Both the position numbers and the translations under genes were made by a program. Shown in pieces: positions 38,297-48,018 of a DNA stretch of 64,000 nt (position 1 is its first letter; each line of letters starts with the position of its first letter). Location: contig OY771506.1 in assembly GCA_963674705.1 (NCBI GenBank), forward strand, positions 1,536,001 to 1,600,000, written 5' to 3'. Source of the stretch: Phycisphaeraceae bacterium (GTDB taxonomy: Bacteria; Planctomycetota; Phycisphaerae; Phycisphaerales; Phycisphaeraceae). The notes under the pieces were generated by a model. The model did not search any database. It had not been told where the DNA came from and saw nothing but the letters and a program-made list of their open reading frames with translations.

Positions 38297-38938
38297 ATGA
38301 AACGTGGGATTCTTCTTGCAGCAAGCTTGGCGGCTGGCCTCGGTTTGGCGCAGGCCGTGCAGGCGGACGTGGTCATCGGCGACTTCGAGGGCGCCGCAGA
38401 GACCGGTTGGGGCCAATGGATCAGCAACTCCGTACAGCCGTTCGTGGACATCAGTATCAGCAACGAAGCCGCGACCTCCGGCAGCTACAGCGCCAAGGTC
38501 GACAAGGCCGGCTGGGCACAGACGCTGGCCTACAGCGCCGGCACCGCCGGGACCATCGCCGACTTCGAAGCCAATTCCGTGATCGAATTCGATCTGATCT
38601 TCGCGGAAACCACGGAAAGTGGTTGGGCGGAAATGTACGACCTTGCCCTGAACTCACAGTACGGCGGATTCACCTCGATCGCCACGAGCCCTGTTCAAGT
38701 CGGCTGGGGCGATGGCGGCGGCGGCGCCCAGACGGTCCACGTTGCACTGGACTACAGCGCTATCCGCCAGACCTGGATCGACAACGGCTCGCCGGGTTGG
38801 GTCGAATTGATCTTCGCATTCAATGATGACGGCAATCATCCCGTGAAGTACGTCGACAACGTCACGCTGACGCCTGAACCGGCCAGCCTGGCGCTGCTGG
38901 GTCTGGGCGGCCTGGCGCTGGCGTCGCGTCGCCATTAA
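38297..38938 (+). CDS. PEP-CTERM protein with a CBM-like beta-sandwich domain
   Basis: Signal peptide AVQA|D; IGDFEG...YVDNVTL, Trp-rich; tail TPEPASLALLGLGGLALASRRH. Confidence 0.88.
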   Translation: MKRGILLAASLAAGLGLAQAVQADVVIGDFEGAAETGWGQWISNSVQPFVDISISNEAATSGSYSAKVDKAGWAQTLAYSAGTAGTIADFEANSVIEFDLIFAETTESGWAEMYDLALNSQYGGFTSIATSPVQVGWGDGGGGAQTVHVALDYSAIRQTWIDNGSPGWVELIFAFNDDGNHPVKYVDNVTLTPEPASLALLGLGGLALASRRH

Positions 38939-38981
38939 CGACAGTTGCTTGTCTGCAAACACGCATTCCTCCAAGGCGGAA

Positions 38982-39042
38982 CCCCGCCCTCCAGCATCGC
39001 ATGCCATCCGTTTGGCCGATGCCGATGAGGGCGGGGCTTTCT
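38982..39042 (+). terminator. Long GC-rich hairpin after the PEP-CTERM gene
   Basis: ccccgccctc...gcatcg...cgatgc...gagggcgggg followed by ctttct. Confidence 0.5.
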
Positions 39043-39163
39043 TGTCTGCGGACCTTGCCGGATCGAAACGTTCGGATATGTCGTATCATTCATACAAGCG
39101 GCTCAGAAACATAGGATCGCACGTGCCTCCATGCTGAATTGATGTATGATTGATTGTGTTAAG

Positions 39164-39177
39164 ATAAAACGATTCCG
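39164..39177. promoter_or_regulatory. Weak LacI-type operator (autoregulation)
   Basis: ataaaacgattccg upstream of the lacI-family gene. Confidence 0.5.
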
Positions 39178-39215
39178 TTACACACTTAGCGACCGAAACA
39201 TCGAGGCATATCCCG

Positions 39216-40277
39216 ATGGCCCAAGCCGACAAACCTTCCCGCAATAAACCCGCAAGGCCCAAGCCGCCCGCCACGCGTCCGAAACTCAAAGACGTGGCCG
39301 CGGCCTGTGGCGTCTCGATCGGCACGGTCAGCCGGGTACTCAACCGCGATGAATCGTTTTCTGCTCGTGAAGAAGTGCGCCAGCGCATCCTTGATGCCGC
39401 CGACCGCCTCGGATACGCACCCGACCTCGCGGCACGCAACCTCAACCGCGGCGTCACCCAGATCATCGGCGTGTTCGGCGACCCGAACACGCACATCGGC
39501 GAAGGCATCAACGACGCTGTTTTTGAAGGCATTTCCGAAGCGGTACGCAGCCAGGAATACGATGTCTTCTTTGATGTGACTTCCAAACACCCCACCGGCC
39601 GCAAACTCCCGTTCTGGCGCTTCGACGGCGCGATCCTGATCCAGTCGCCTTTGCCGGAGGTCGTGGAAGAACTCGACCGACGGTTCGTGCCTTACGTCTC
39701 GGTCAACGAAACCGTCGGCAACCCGATCGCTTCGGTTCTTGCAGACGACGTCATGGGCACGACGCGGATCATGCAGCACTTCGCCGAGCTGGGCCATCGT
39801 CGCATCGCCTACGCCAACGCGGGCAAAGGCTACTTCGAACACTACAGCGTGCCCGACCGCCACGACACCATCCAGGCGTTCTGCAAAGAGTACAACATGA
39901 CGCTCGTGCCGGGACACGACGAAGATTTTCTCTCAGCCGACCAGTTCCTGCGCCGCGCTGTCAAAGAACACGGCGCCACTGCTGTGCTCGCCTACGACCA
40001 CCGCATCGTCGTGCGCATCCTCGGCACAGCGTACCGCCTGGGCCTGCGCGTGCCCGAGGACTTCAGCCTCGCCTGCTTTAACGACGAATTCCCCGTCGCC
40101 GAGTTGTACCCGCCATTGACCGTCGTCTCCGTTTCCGGCAAAGCAATGGGACGCACCGCCGCAGCGATCCTGCTCGACGCCATGCGCACCAGCCAACCAG
40201 AAGACAGGCCCAGCACGCTTCGGCTCGAAGAAAAAGTCGTCGTACGCGCCTCTACAGCCCCGCCTCGCATGGATTAG
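39216..40277 (+). CDS. LacI family transcriptional regulator
   Basis: KLKDVAAACGVSIGTVSRVLN, LGYAPDLAARNL, LGHRRIAY and PPLTVV. Confidence 0.95.
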   Translation: MAQADKPSRNKPARPKPPATRPKLKDVAAACGVSIGTVSRVLNRDESFSAREEVRQRILDAADRLGYAPDLAARNLNRGVTQIIGVFGDPNTHIGEGINDAVFEGISEAVRSQEYDVFFDVTSKHPTGRKLPFWRFDGAILIQSPLPEVVEELDRRFVPYVSVNETVGNPIASVLADDVMGTTRIMQHFAELGHRRIAYANAGKGYFEHYSVPDRHDTIQAFCKEYNMTLVPGHDEDFLSADQFLRRAVKEHGATAVLAYDHRIVVRILGTAYRLGLRVPEDFSLACFNDEFPVAELYPPLTVVSVSGKAMGRTAAAILLDAMRTSQPEDRPSTLRLEEKVVVRASTAPPRMD

Positions 40278-40412
40278 AGCGTTCTCAATCCAGGCGTAGC
40301 GTTTTGGGTGCCACACTTTGGCTGCGCAGCAGCAAAGTGTGCGTTGCGAGAACACACTTTGCCCTTCGGGTCAAAGTGTGGCACACGCTTCAGTTTGATT
40401 GAGAACGCTCTA
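40275..40412. mobile_element. 138-bp MITE-like palindromic element
   Basis: Perfect 16-bp terminal inverted repeats TAGAGCGTTCTCAATC/GATTGAGAACGCTCTA. Two internal cacactttg/caaagtgtg hairpins. Confidence 0.7.
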
Positions 40413-40615
40413 GAACAGACCGAATCCAATCATAGCCTATTGGGCGCACACGCAAACTCTGTAGAAGTAAAGTATGTCAAGATCGTCTACTTTGTCGCTG
40501 CGCGATCAAGTTGAGTTCCCGATACACCGCGAGTTGATCCGCATTTGTGCTATCAGCACTATTGAGGACATAAAAACCCCACGGTTAACAATGAGGTCAA
40601 TCGCTGCAGTAATCA

Positions 40616-42205
40616 TCAGTGAACGAAACGGCTACGGCGTATGAGCAGTAAGCCTGTACAACTCAGTATCGCAATGCTTGCCGGTTCGGGAATTGCAGCT
40701 ACTGGTGGCGTTCCGTTGTTCCAGTCATTCAGGATGATGTCGAGGTCGTCGAGGCCGACATAGCCGTCACCGGAGGGGTCGGCAATGCTGTCGGCGGGTG
40801 GGACGCTTTGGTTCCATCCGGCGAGGACGATATCCAGATCATCGAGGCCGACGAAGCCGTCGCCGTTCAGGTCGCCGGGCAGCGAACCGATGGGCAGCGT
40901 GATGTCGAGTGTAGCGCCTGTTGCGTCGAGTGAGACGGTTTCATAATACGTCAGTCCGTCAACGGTGACTTCGATGGTGTGTTCGCCATGGAAAGCGCGG
41001 AGTAACGCCTGGCCGATCGCATCGGTGTCGAGTGTTTCGTCCGTCATGAACTGGTCAAGCACGAGGTCTTCCCAGACCTGGACCATGGGTGTTTCGGACC
41101 AGTCGAGGTTGAACATCGCGGCGTCGGGCCGCCAATGCCTGCCTTCCCAGAAGCCCCAGAGCATGAAGCCTTCTGTACCGGGGTGAGCGAACACAGCCGT
41201 GAGGAAGTCACGCAAGTAGTTTGCTTTGAGTGCTTCCCGTTCGCTCTCGCTGGCATTGGAGTCGGGGACCAAGTCGTACTCGGTGATGGTGATGGGCACG
41301 CCGGTTGCGTAGAACTGATCGAGGATGCCCCAGACGTCTTCGATATCGGTTAATGAACCGGCGTTGAAGTGGCCCTGCATGCCGATCCCGTCGAGGTTGA
41401 CGTTGTTATTCAGCAGGTAGTTGATGGTGTTGAGGTATTGCTGGCGGGTCCACCAGTTGCCATCCTGCGTGATGATGTTGTACTCGTTGATAAAGAGTTG
41501 CGAGTTGGTGGCTGAATCTGCACGGTTGAACGCATCGACGAGGATGCTGTCGCCGAAGATACCCATCAGATCGTTGTTGGTTCGCGGCTCATTGATCACG
41601 TCCCATTCCACGACACGGTTGCCCACCGCGGCAGTCACCTCATCAATATGATCGTAGATTTCCTGGCGCAGCGCGGTGGGATTGCTTGCGTAGCTTTGCA
41701 GGTATGTAGGCAGGTTGCTCCAGCCGGGCCAGAGCAGGACGTGGCCGCGGTTGTCGATGTCGCGAGCGTTGAGGTAGTCGAGCGTCTGGATTGCGCGGTC
41801 GAGGCTGTAGCTGGGGCCCCACTCCCCTTCCAGCGGAACCCACTTCAACGAGTTTTCGATAGTGGCGGTGTTAAACAGCTCCTCAAACTTCTGGCGATAG
41901 ATCGCGTCGTCGCTGGTATAGCCGAGTATCTGATTGACCGACACAGCCGAGCCGAATTGGTAGGCCTGCTTGGTTTGCAGCACATGGACCTCGGCATCCG
42001 AGACGGGATTGCCGAATTGATCCAGGACGTTGATGGTCAGGTCGGCCTTACGGTTCTGATCGATCATGATCTCGGCTGTGGCGCGCCAGGCGGCATCCGA
42101 CTCCGCCCCGCCGTACTGCGCCAGCGCAGGAATCGCAGCCGTCATCACAGCTGTCGACAACGATAAAGCCATGACGGCGTTGAACATTGAACGGCTCATA
42201 TTCAT
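40616..42205 (-). CDS. Secreted GH10 xylanase with a dockerin-like domain and PEP-CTERM
   Basis: Signal peptide; ENSLKW, RGHVLLW, WDVINEP, GMQGH and ITEYD; GDLNGDGFVGLDDLDI repeat pair; IPEP-TM-RR tail. Confidence 0.92.
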   Translation of the reverse strand: MNMSRSMFNAVMALSLSTAVMTAAIPALAQYGGAESDAAWRATAEIMIDQNRKADLTINVLDQFGNPVSDAEVHVLQTKQAYQFGSAVSVNQILGYTSDDAIYRQKFEELFNTATIENSLKWVPLEGEWGPSYSLDRAIQTLDYLNARDIDNRGHVLLWPGWSNLPTYLQSYASNPTALRQEIYDHIDEVTAAVGNRVVEWDVINEPRTNNDLMGIFGDSILVDAFNRADSATNSQLFINEYNIITQDGNWWTRQQYLNTINYLLNNNVNLDGIGMQGHFNAGSLTDIEDVWGILDQFYATGVPITITEYDLVPDSNASESEREALKANYLRDFLTAVFAHPGTEGFMLWGFWEGRHWRPDAAMFNLDWSETPMVQVWEDLVLDQFMTDETLDTDAIGQALLRAFHGEHTIEVTVDGLTYYETVSLDATGATLDITLPIGSLPGDLNGDGFVGLDDLDIVLAGWNQSVPPADSIADPSGDGYVGLDDLDIILNDWNNGTPPVAAIPEPASIAILSCTGLLLIRRSRFVH

Positions 42206-42266
42206 ATCCCTCCAAGTCTGCTGCCGGATTTGGCGTTGTCGCCTCCGGTGTGCAGAATACAGCAGA

Positions 42267-42280
42267 GAAAAGCGTTTTAC
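42267..42280. promoter_or_regulatory. LacI-type operator
   Basis: gaaaagcgttttac upstream of the secreted GH10 gene. Confidence 0.65.
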
Positions 42281-42355
42281 TTGATCAGTCTAGCGTATCC
42301 AGAGGGCAATTGGAAGCATTTATCCGGCGGATTTCACAATGTCATTGGTAGCCGA

Positions 42356-45300
42356 TCAGGGCTCGATAAAGCGTACCGCTTCGAGCCGGAGGTTGCGGTC
42401 CTCGCCGTTGCCTGAGCCATCGTTGAAAAACCGCAGGCCGAGGGTGTGTTCACCGGCATCCAGATCCAATTCAAGTGGGCCGAAGTCGGCGGTCTGCTCG
42501 TTATTCAGTTCGAGTTCTCCCGCAGGCATTTCATCGATCAGCACGCGGAGTTTGCAGTACTCGCCTTGATAGGGTGTGGACGAGCCGCGGAGCGTCAGGC
42601 TGTACTCGGCGGATCGTTCGACCTTGAACGGCGCCTGCACCAGGCCGTTGGCGCGGATGGTCAGTGAAGATGGTTTGGCTTCGTAATACGGGCTTTCACC
42701 GATCAGTTTGAAGTGCGTCAGCGGGAGGTCGGTCGTATTGGGCCCGGCCACGGGCGGCTGAAACGATGCGCCGAGGTTTGCCAGCAGTGCGGATAGATAG
42801 CGCCTGCTCTTGGCGGCGTTCGGGCCTTCAGACTCAAGTATGGTTGAATCGATAACGATCGAATCATCCACACGCACGATGGAAGCGGGGAGCGTGAGAA
42901 CCTCAACGTTGTTGGGATAGTTCAGGCGCCGGCCGATCGTGATCTTGTCGATGAGCAGTCGGCCGAAGGGGCCTCGTGGCTGATTCCGTTCGGCGACAAG
43001 TGAGATGTGGTTAACACCTTTGTTCAATTCAAGCAGGCCTCGCTTCATCTGGGGCTGGATCATGCATGCCAGCTTGCCGTTGACATGCACTTGGATCTGT
43101 GGGGCTGCATCACCTTCATCCGGCGAACTGCCTCTAAACGTGATCGGATACATACCCGCTTCGGGCGCATCGATCTCAAATGTGGCGTAGCCGAGCGCGA
43201 TCGCGATGACGCTGTCGCGCACGACGATGAAGCCGTTATCTCGGCCGTTCCATGGGATGTCTGTGATATTGACTTCATCGCCTTCAAGTTCATCCAGAGG
43301 GGCTATGGATGGGGAATCATCCGAGGTTGGCAGAATAAGTGCCGAGGCGCTGGGCTTAAGCGCTATCGTTCGCTTCCAGCCGACGGACTCGGTGGTGTAG
43401 GTCAGGTCTTCGCGCGAGATACCTTGAAGTAAATCGTCGTTGCGAGTGCGAATGACGGATGCGTTTGCTGTTGCGTCCAGTGTCAGTGAAGTCAGGCCAA
43501 GCGACTGGTTGAGCGTTTCCCAGCCGGTGGTTTTGGGTTGATGCCAATAGATTTTGCCGCTGCGTTTGTGATATGCCGTGATGGCATCGCGTGAATCGGA
43601 CAACGCTTGGTCGTTGCCGGCGATGATCAGCAGGTCTGCGTCAGAAAGGTCTTGCTGTGAAACAGAGCGATCGAAGTGGTCAAATGCTAGTCCTACTTTA
43701 CGTAGTAGCGACAAGAGCACTTCATCGTTACCCAGCACGACGGTTTTATGCACTGTGGTTGAAGTCTTGCTCGCAGCGTAGTCGACTGCATTTTGAAGCA
43801 AGCGATCGGCGGCGGGTTCGATACTTTTCTTCTCCCCTGCCAATGCCTGCAACAGCACGACGTAGCCTTTGCCGACGGGCATCTCGGCCACGGGGCCTTG
43901 CCTTAATGAACGTTCGCCGCCGGAGACAAGCACGCCGCGCCCCCCGCCGTGGCCGGGTCGGACGATCTCGTATCGGCTGACATAATGGTCGGGGTGCCAG
44001 TGCTTGAGGCTATCGGCGTCAATGCCCTGCAGTAGCGGATGATCGGGGTCGATCGCGAAAGTCATCGTCGCGGCGTGTTCGATCAATTCAAGGCCAAGCC
44101 CGAGTGGCGCAAGCGTGGTTTGTTCCAGCACGACAACGCGGCCGCCTCGGTTGGCATAATCCAGGAAAGCGGCGGTGTTGAACTGCTTGGCGCCGATGGT
44201 CGTGATGTCGCTGGCTTGGGTACCACCCAGCGCAGTCGGTGCGATCAGCAGGATCGTTTTCTGCGGCTGTTGGATACTGGCTAATGAATTAAGCGAATCA
44301 ATCGCGTTCGGCCAAGCGCCTGAGGTATCGAATGCGATCAGCTTTACATCGTCCGGCACGACTAACTGTTGCTGCTTCCAGACTTCCAACTCGTGTTCAA
44401 CTTCATGAAAGACTTTGCCGCCGCTTTGCAGTTTCGTGGTAAAGGAAAGTGTGCCGGGAGTTGCCGGCGTTTTGATCGAGAGCGTGACGCGCTGGTACCC
44501 GCCGGGATCGAGCGAGACTTTTTGCTCGACGGGCTTCACCTTGCCTGATTGTTCGGTCATGCGAAGCGTCATATCGAGCGGTGTTGGGCCGTCGTTGAAT
44601 ACGTCGAACTTAAAGTCGAATGTCTGGCCGGGGTAGGCGCGTTTATCATGGCTGTATAGAAATACTGCGACATGTTTGTAATAGTCCTGCGGGTCCTGGA
44701 ACGATCCCCACGGGCACAGGCCCGATACGTTTGCCCGGCGGTAAGCAAGGGTCTGATCGTTTTGGGCACGGAACTTGGCTTGCATCCAGTATTCGTAGCG
44801 GTTTTGGTAGGCGTCTTCTCCGAAGTAGACGCTGCCGATGGAGTAATCTTCGAACGGTGCCCAGAGGTATTCGCCGATGTAGAGTGGTTTTTTGCGTTCC
44901 CAGAAGAAGTCGGAGCTTGCCTGGCCGAGCATGCCGCCGGCCGCTTCGGTCTGAACACGTTTGGCGAGCCAGTCGCCCGTGTTCGGGTACGCGAAGTTGG
45001 CGGGGATTTCGTGCGGATAATGCAGGCCGATCACGTCGTATGCACCGTCCGGATCGATGTCGGCTTCAAAGGTGTAAAGATGATGCGGATCGATCTGCTT
45101 GGCAAAGCGTGCCATGTCGCCGAGCTTGCGAGGCAGGTCGGTTGCGCGGTCGGCGTTACCCATAAAGAGGATTTCGTTACCCAGTGAGTACAAAACAACC
45201 GACGGCCGGTTGCGATAGGTTTTGAGCATGTTCTCGATGTGGTTGCGGTAGTTAGACCAGAAGCGGTCGTCATCGTAGCCGTACATCCCTTCGCCGTCGG

Positions 45301-46504
45301 TGTAGACCGCGGTTTCGGGGATCATCATGATGCCCAGTTCGTCGGCGATGTCGTACCAGTGGTGCTGCCAGCCCCCGAGGTGTGTGCGGAATGCGTTGAC
45401 GTTCTGGCTCTTGAAGTTTTCGAGCATCGAGCGGATTTTCTCACGCGGCTGCGGGCGCGAGGGCGGCCATTCACTATCAGCAAGCAGGTGCCGTTTCACA
45501 CCGTTCAGATAGAAGTCAGGCCCATCCGCCCAGAACTCCTTAAACCCGAAACGTTCATCTAGTTGGTCTACTAATTGGTCCGATTCATCGTGAAGCTGTA
45601 AACGCAGTGTGTAAAGGTGCGGGTCTTCCGGCGACCAGACGTGTGCATCAGCAAAAGCGGTTGATGATTTCCAGTTGCCTTGCTTATCTAGGTTGGCTTT
45701 GACTGATTCAAGCACGACGTTACCGCTATCGAGTACTTGCGCTGTGATGGTTAAACCGTTCGTGCCGCCCTTGCTGTCAACACGACCTTCAAGATTCAGT
45801 TGCATCTTGCGTGTGGATGGCGTGATGATTAATTCATCGCGCACGATGTGTGTGATCGGCGTGGCATAGAGCGAAGCGCTGTCCCAGATGCCGACGAAGT
45901 CTTTGTAGCCACCGATGGGGGCAAGCACCTTGCCGCGCCGGCTTTCGTTGCTGTAGGCATTGCCGCGCGGCATGGGTTCTGCATAGACAGCGGTCTGATC
46001 AAGCGTGAGTACCGCCAGCTCGTGAGTTGAACCCGGCGAGATAGCATCGGTGATTTCGACGACCAGGGGATGCCAGCCGTCGAGACGATCGCCTATGAGT
46101 CGGCCGTCGATATAAATGTGGGGATGATACAGCGCGCCACCGAGGTGGACGAAAACACGTTTGCCTGTCCAGTTATGAGGGATCTCGATGCTGCGTTTGA
46201 CCCAGACCTGCCGGTGTGGATGGTAGAGGGTAATGTGGTTGACGCCCGGGACGGCTTGGTCTTGCCAAGTGGTTACCTGATCGAGATCGGTTCCGTAGGG
46301 GACCATGGCTCCCTGCCAGGTGCCGTCGAGAGAGATATAAGTTCTTGGATTGGGCGTTTGTGCATACGCGGAATTCAGATGGAATGCTAACACCAGCATT
46401 AGAAGGCAGATAGCCATGATTATGACCCGGGAACGCTTAAGAGAGGACCAGGCGCAATAGGCGATGTCGAGCCGGGGCGTTGATGCCTGACGGTGGTAGG
46501 TCAT
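42356..46504 (-). CDS. Large GH2-like glycoside hydrolase with a C-terminal CBM60-like module
   Basis: SLDGTW, WSPEDPHLY, FYLNG, NRPSVVLYSLGNE and KPLYIGEY; C-terminal FFNDGSGNGEDRNL; signal-peptide-like segment. Confidence 0.85.
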   Translation of the reverse strand: MTYHRQASTPRLDIAYCAWSSLKRSRVIIMAICLLMLVLAFHLNSAYAQTPNPRTYISLDGTWQGAMVPYGTDLDQVTTWQDQAVPGVNHITLYHPHRQVWVKRSIEIPHNWTGKRVFVHLGGALYHPHIYIDGRLIGDRLDGWHPLVVEITDAISPGSTHELAVLTLDQTAVYAEPMPRGNAYSNESRRGKVLAPIGGYKDFVGIWDSASLYATPITHIVRDELIITPSTRKMQLNLEGRVDSKGGTNGLTITAQVLDSGNVVLESVKANLDKQGNWKSSTAFADAHVWSPEDPHLYTLRLQLHDESDQLVDQLDERFGFKEFWADGPDFYLNGVKRHLLADSEWPPSRPQPREKIRSMLENFKSQNVNAFRTHLGGWQHHWYDIADELGIMMIPETAVYTDGEGMYGYDDDRFWSNYRNHIENMLKTYRNRPSVVLYSLGNEILFMGNADRATDLPRKLGDMARFAKQIDPHHLYTFEADIDPDGAYDVIGLHYPHEIPANFAYPNTGDWLAKRVQTEAAGGMLGQASSDFFWERKKPLYIGEYLWAPFEDYSIGSVYFGEDAYQNRYEYWMQAKFRAQNDQTLAYRRANVSGLCPWGSFQDPQDYYKHVAVFLYSHDKRAYPGQTFDFKFDVFNDGPTPLDMTLRMTEQSGKVKPVEQKVSLDPGGYQRVTLSIKTPATPGTLSFTTKLQSGGKVFHEVEHELEVWKQQQLVVPDDVKLIAFDTSGAWPNAIDSLNSLASIQQPQKTILLIAPTALGGTQASDITTIGAKQFNTAAFLDYANRGGRVVVLEQTTLAPLGLGLELIEHAATMTFAIDPDHPLLQGIDADSLKHWHPDHYVSRYEIVRPGHGGGRGVLVSGGERSLRQGPVAEMPVGKGYVVLLQALAGEKKSIEPAADRLLQNAVDYAASKTSTTVHKTVVLGNDEVLLSLLRKVGLAFDHFDRSVSQQDLSDADLLIIAGNDQALSDSRDAITAYHKRSGKIYWHQPKTTGWETLNQSLGLTSLTLDATANASVIRTRNDDLLQGISREDLTYTTESVGWKRTIALKPSASALILPTSDDSPSIAPLDELEGDEVNITDIPWNGRDNGFIVVRDSVIAIALGYATFEIDAPEAGMYPITFRGSSPDEGDAAPQIQVHVNGKLACMIQPQMKRGLLELNKGVNHISLVAERNQPRGPFGRLLIDKITIGRRLNYPNNVEVLTLPASIVRVDDSIVIDSTILESEGPNAAKSRRYLSALLANLGASFQPPVAGPNTTDLPLTHFKLIGESPYYEAKPSSLTIRANGLVQAPFKVERSAEYSLTLRGSSTPYQGEYCKLRVLIDEMPAGELELNNEQTADFGPLELDLDAGEHTLGLRFFNDGSGNGEDRNLRLEAVRFIEP

Positions 46505-46565
46505 AGATAGGGTTCCATGCGCCGAAGGGAGTTCCGAGTGGCGGTTTGGCGCGGTTCAAAATCAA

Positions 46566-46579
46566 GACAAACGTTTTAC
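46566..46579. promoter_or_regulatory. LacI-type operator
   Basis: gacaaacgttttac upstream of the GH2 gene. Confidence 0.65.
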
Positions 46580-46795
46580 TTTCAGGTAACTTACGATCAT
46601 TGGGGTATTCCTGTCAAGCATTTTTGCCGGTTGTTCGGCACATCCACGATAAGGCAAGCGGGCCGACAGAACGTAGCTTAAGCCTCATTTGAACAAAAGA
46701 AAAGACGAAAATATGGCTTTCTGACACGATCAAGGGCGAAATAATGTGTTTGTACTTGCTTCCGGCATTATCTGATGAAAAATCAAGGTTGACCC

Positions 46796-46847
46796 TTGAC
46801 ACCTGCGGGCAAGGCTATTAACTTAATACGTAGGTAAAACGTTTTTC
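46796..46847 (+). promoter_or_regulatory. Sigma70-like promoter plus LacI-type operator of the prepilin gene
   Basis: TTGACA-N17-TAACTT followed by gtaaaacgtttttc at 46834-46847. Confidence 0.75.
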
Positions 46848-46967
46848 ATGGTTCGGTTCATCCGCCGCGGGCTACGGGGCAGTCAACTCTTGAGCCCCGA
46901 AACCAAGCGGCCGCAAGTCTAAGCGGCGTGAACTGAAGCCCGTTGGGTTGCCTTGGAGGATATCAAG

Positions 46968-47900
46968 ATGGCGCATCGCCGAGCCTTCACGCTGATTGAA
47001 TTACTGGTCGTGATCTCCATCATAGCGCTGCTGGTCGGCATCCTCCTGCCTGCACTGGGCGCTGCCCGGCGGACCGCCCGCAGCGCCATGTGTCTAAGCA
47101 ACCAGCGCCAGATCATGGTGGCCCAACACAGCTACGCCGCGGATAACAATGACGTGTTCGCGCCCGGGCAGGATTGGCAGACGATCAGCCTGGATGGTGA
47201 AAATATCACGGGGCCCTACTGGTTTGTGATCCTTACCGCCCAGAATTATGCCGGCGGCTCCCGCGGCGCGGCGGTTGGCTCCAGCGTCTACATGTGCCCG
47301 GAAGGATCGGATGAGCAGATCAATTCAAACGATCTTTTCACAGCCGCAGGCATGATGCCGAATACGAGTGGGACTGAGGACCCACGAGCGAATCCCCTTG
47401 GCTTGGCATTTCTTGCACAAGGCGACACATCAAATCCGGAAAGGCAGTTGCGCACCAACTACGCGGTCAACACGACGTCGAATGCTGACCCGCCTTACGG
47501 CGCCAAGGTGGCGATGCAATCCGCTTTCCCGATGCAATACAGCTATCCGGCTGCTCCGGATAAGGCTAAATATCTGCCCCGAACCAACCTCGATGAAATG
47601 AAGTGGCCTGAAGAAACGATCACTTTCTTTGACGGGGTCGCCGCCACGATGGTGTATGCCGGAGGCACCAATGCGTTTGGGCGGATGGTGAATCGTCACG
47701 GTGACAATATCAACTATGCTTTTGTCGGTGGTCACGCTGCAGGTGTCAGCACAGCAAGAGTCCCCGATCCAACCAGCAACATGGCAACCGCCTATTGGGC
47801 GCAGTGGAACAACCCGACGGGTGTCGGGCCGCGCATCATGATTAATGCGGAGAATGAGTACGACATCAAAGTGCTCGCGTACAACCCGTTCACGAAGTGA
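46968..47900 (+). CDS. Prepilin-type N-terminal cleavage/methylation protein (DUF1559-like)
   Basis: [42 protein letters not shown]-terminal H-X9-GG variant ([14 protein letters not shown]). Confidence 0.92.
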   Translation: MAHRRAFTLIELLVVISIIALLVGILLPALGAARRTARSAMCLSNQRQIMVAQHSYAADNNDVFAPGQDWQTISLDGENITGPYWFVILTAQNYAGGSRGAAVGSSVYMCPEGSDEQINSNDLFTAAGMMPNTSGTEDPRANPLGLAFLAQGDTSNPERQLRTNYAVNTTSNADPPYGAKVAMQSAFPMQYSYPAAPDKAKYLPRTNLDEMKWPEETITFFDGVAATMVYAGGTNAFGRMVNRHGDNINYAFVGGHAAGVSTARVPDPTSNMATAYWAQWNNPTGVGPRIMINAENEYDIKVLAYNPFTK

Positions 47901-48018
47901 TCTTTCGGTCCGGGTTCGGTTTTACCGAATCGGGGCCCGTTTGCGATGAATATGATCTGAACGTTTACAAATTTGAGTCGCCTGATTAAAGCTCTCACAC
48001 TTCACAGGAGGATGGAAT

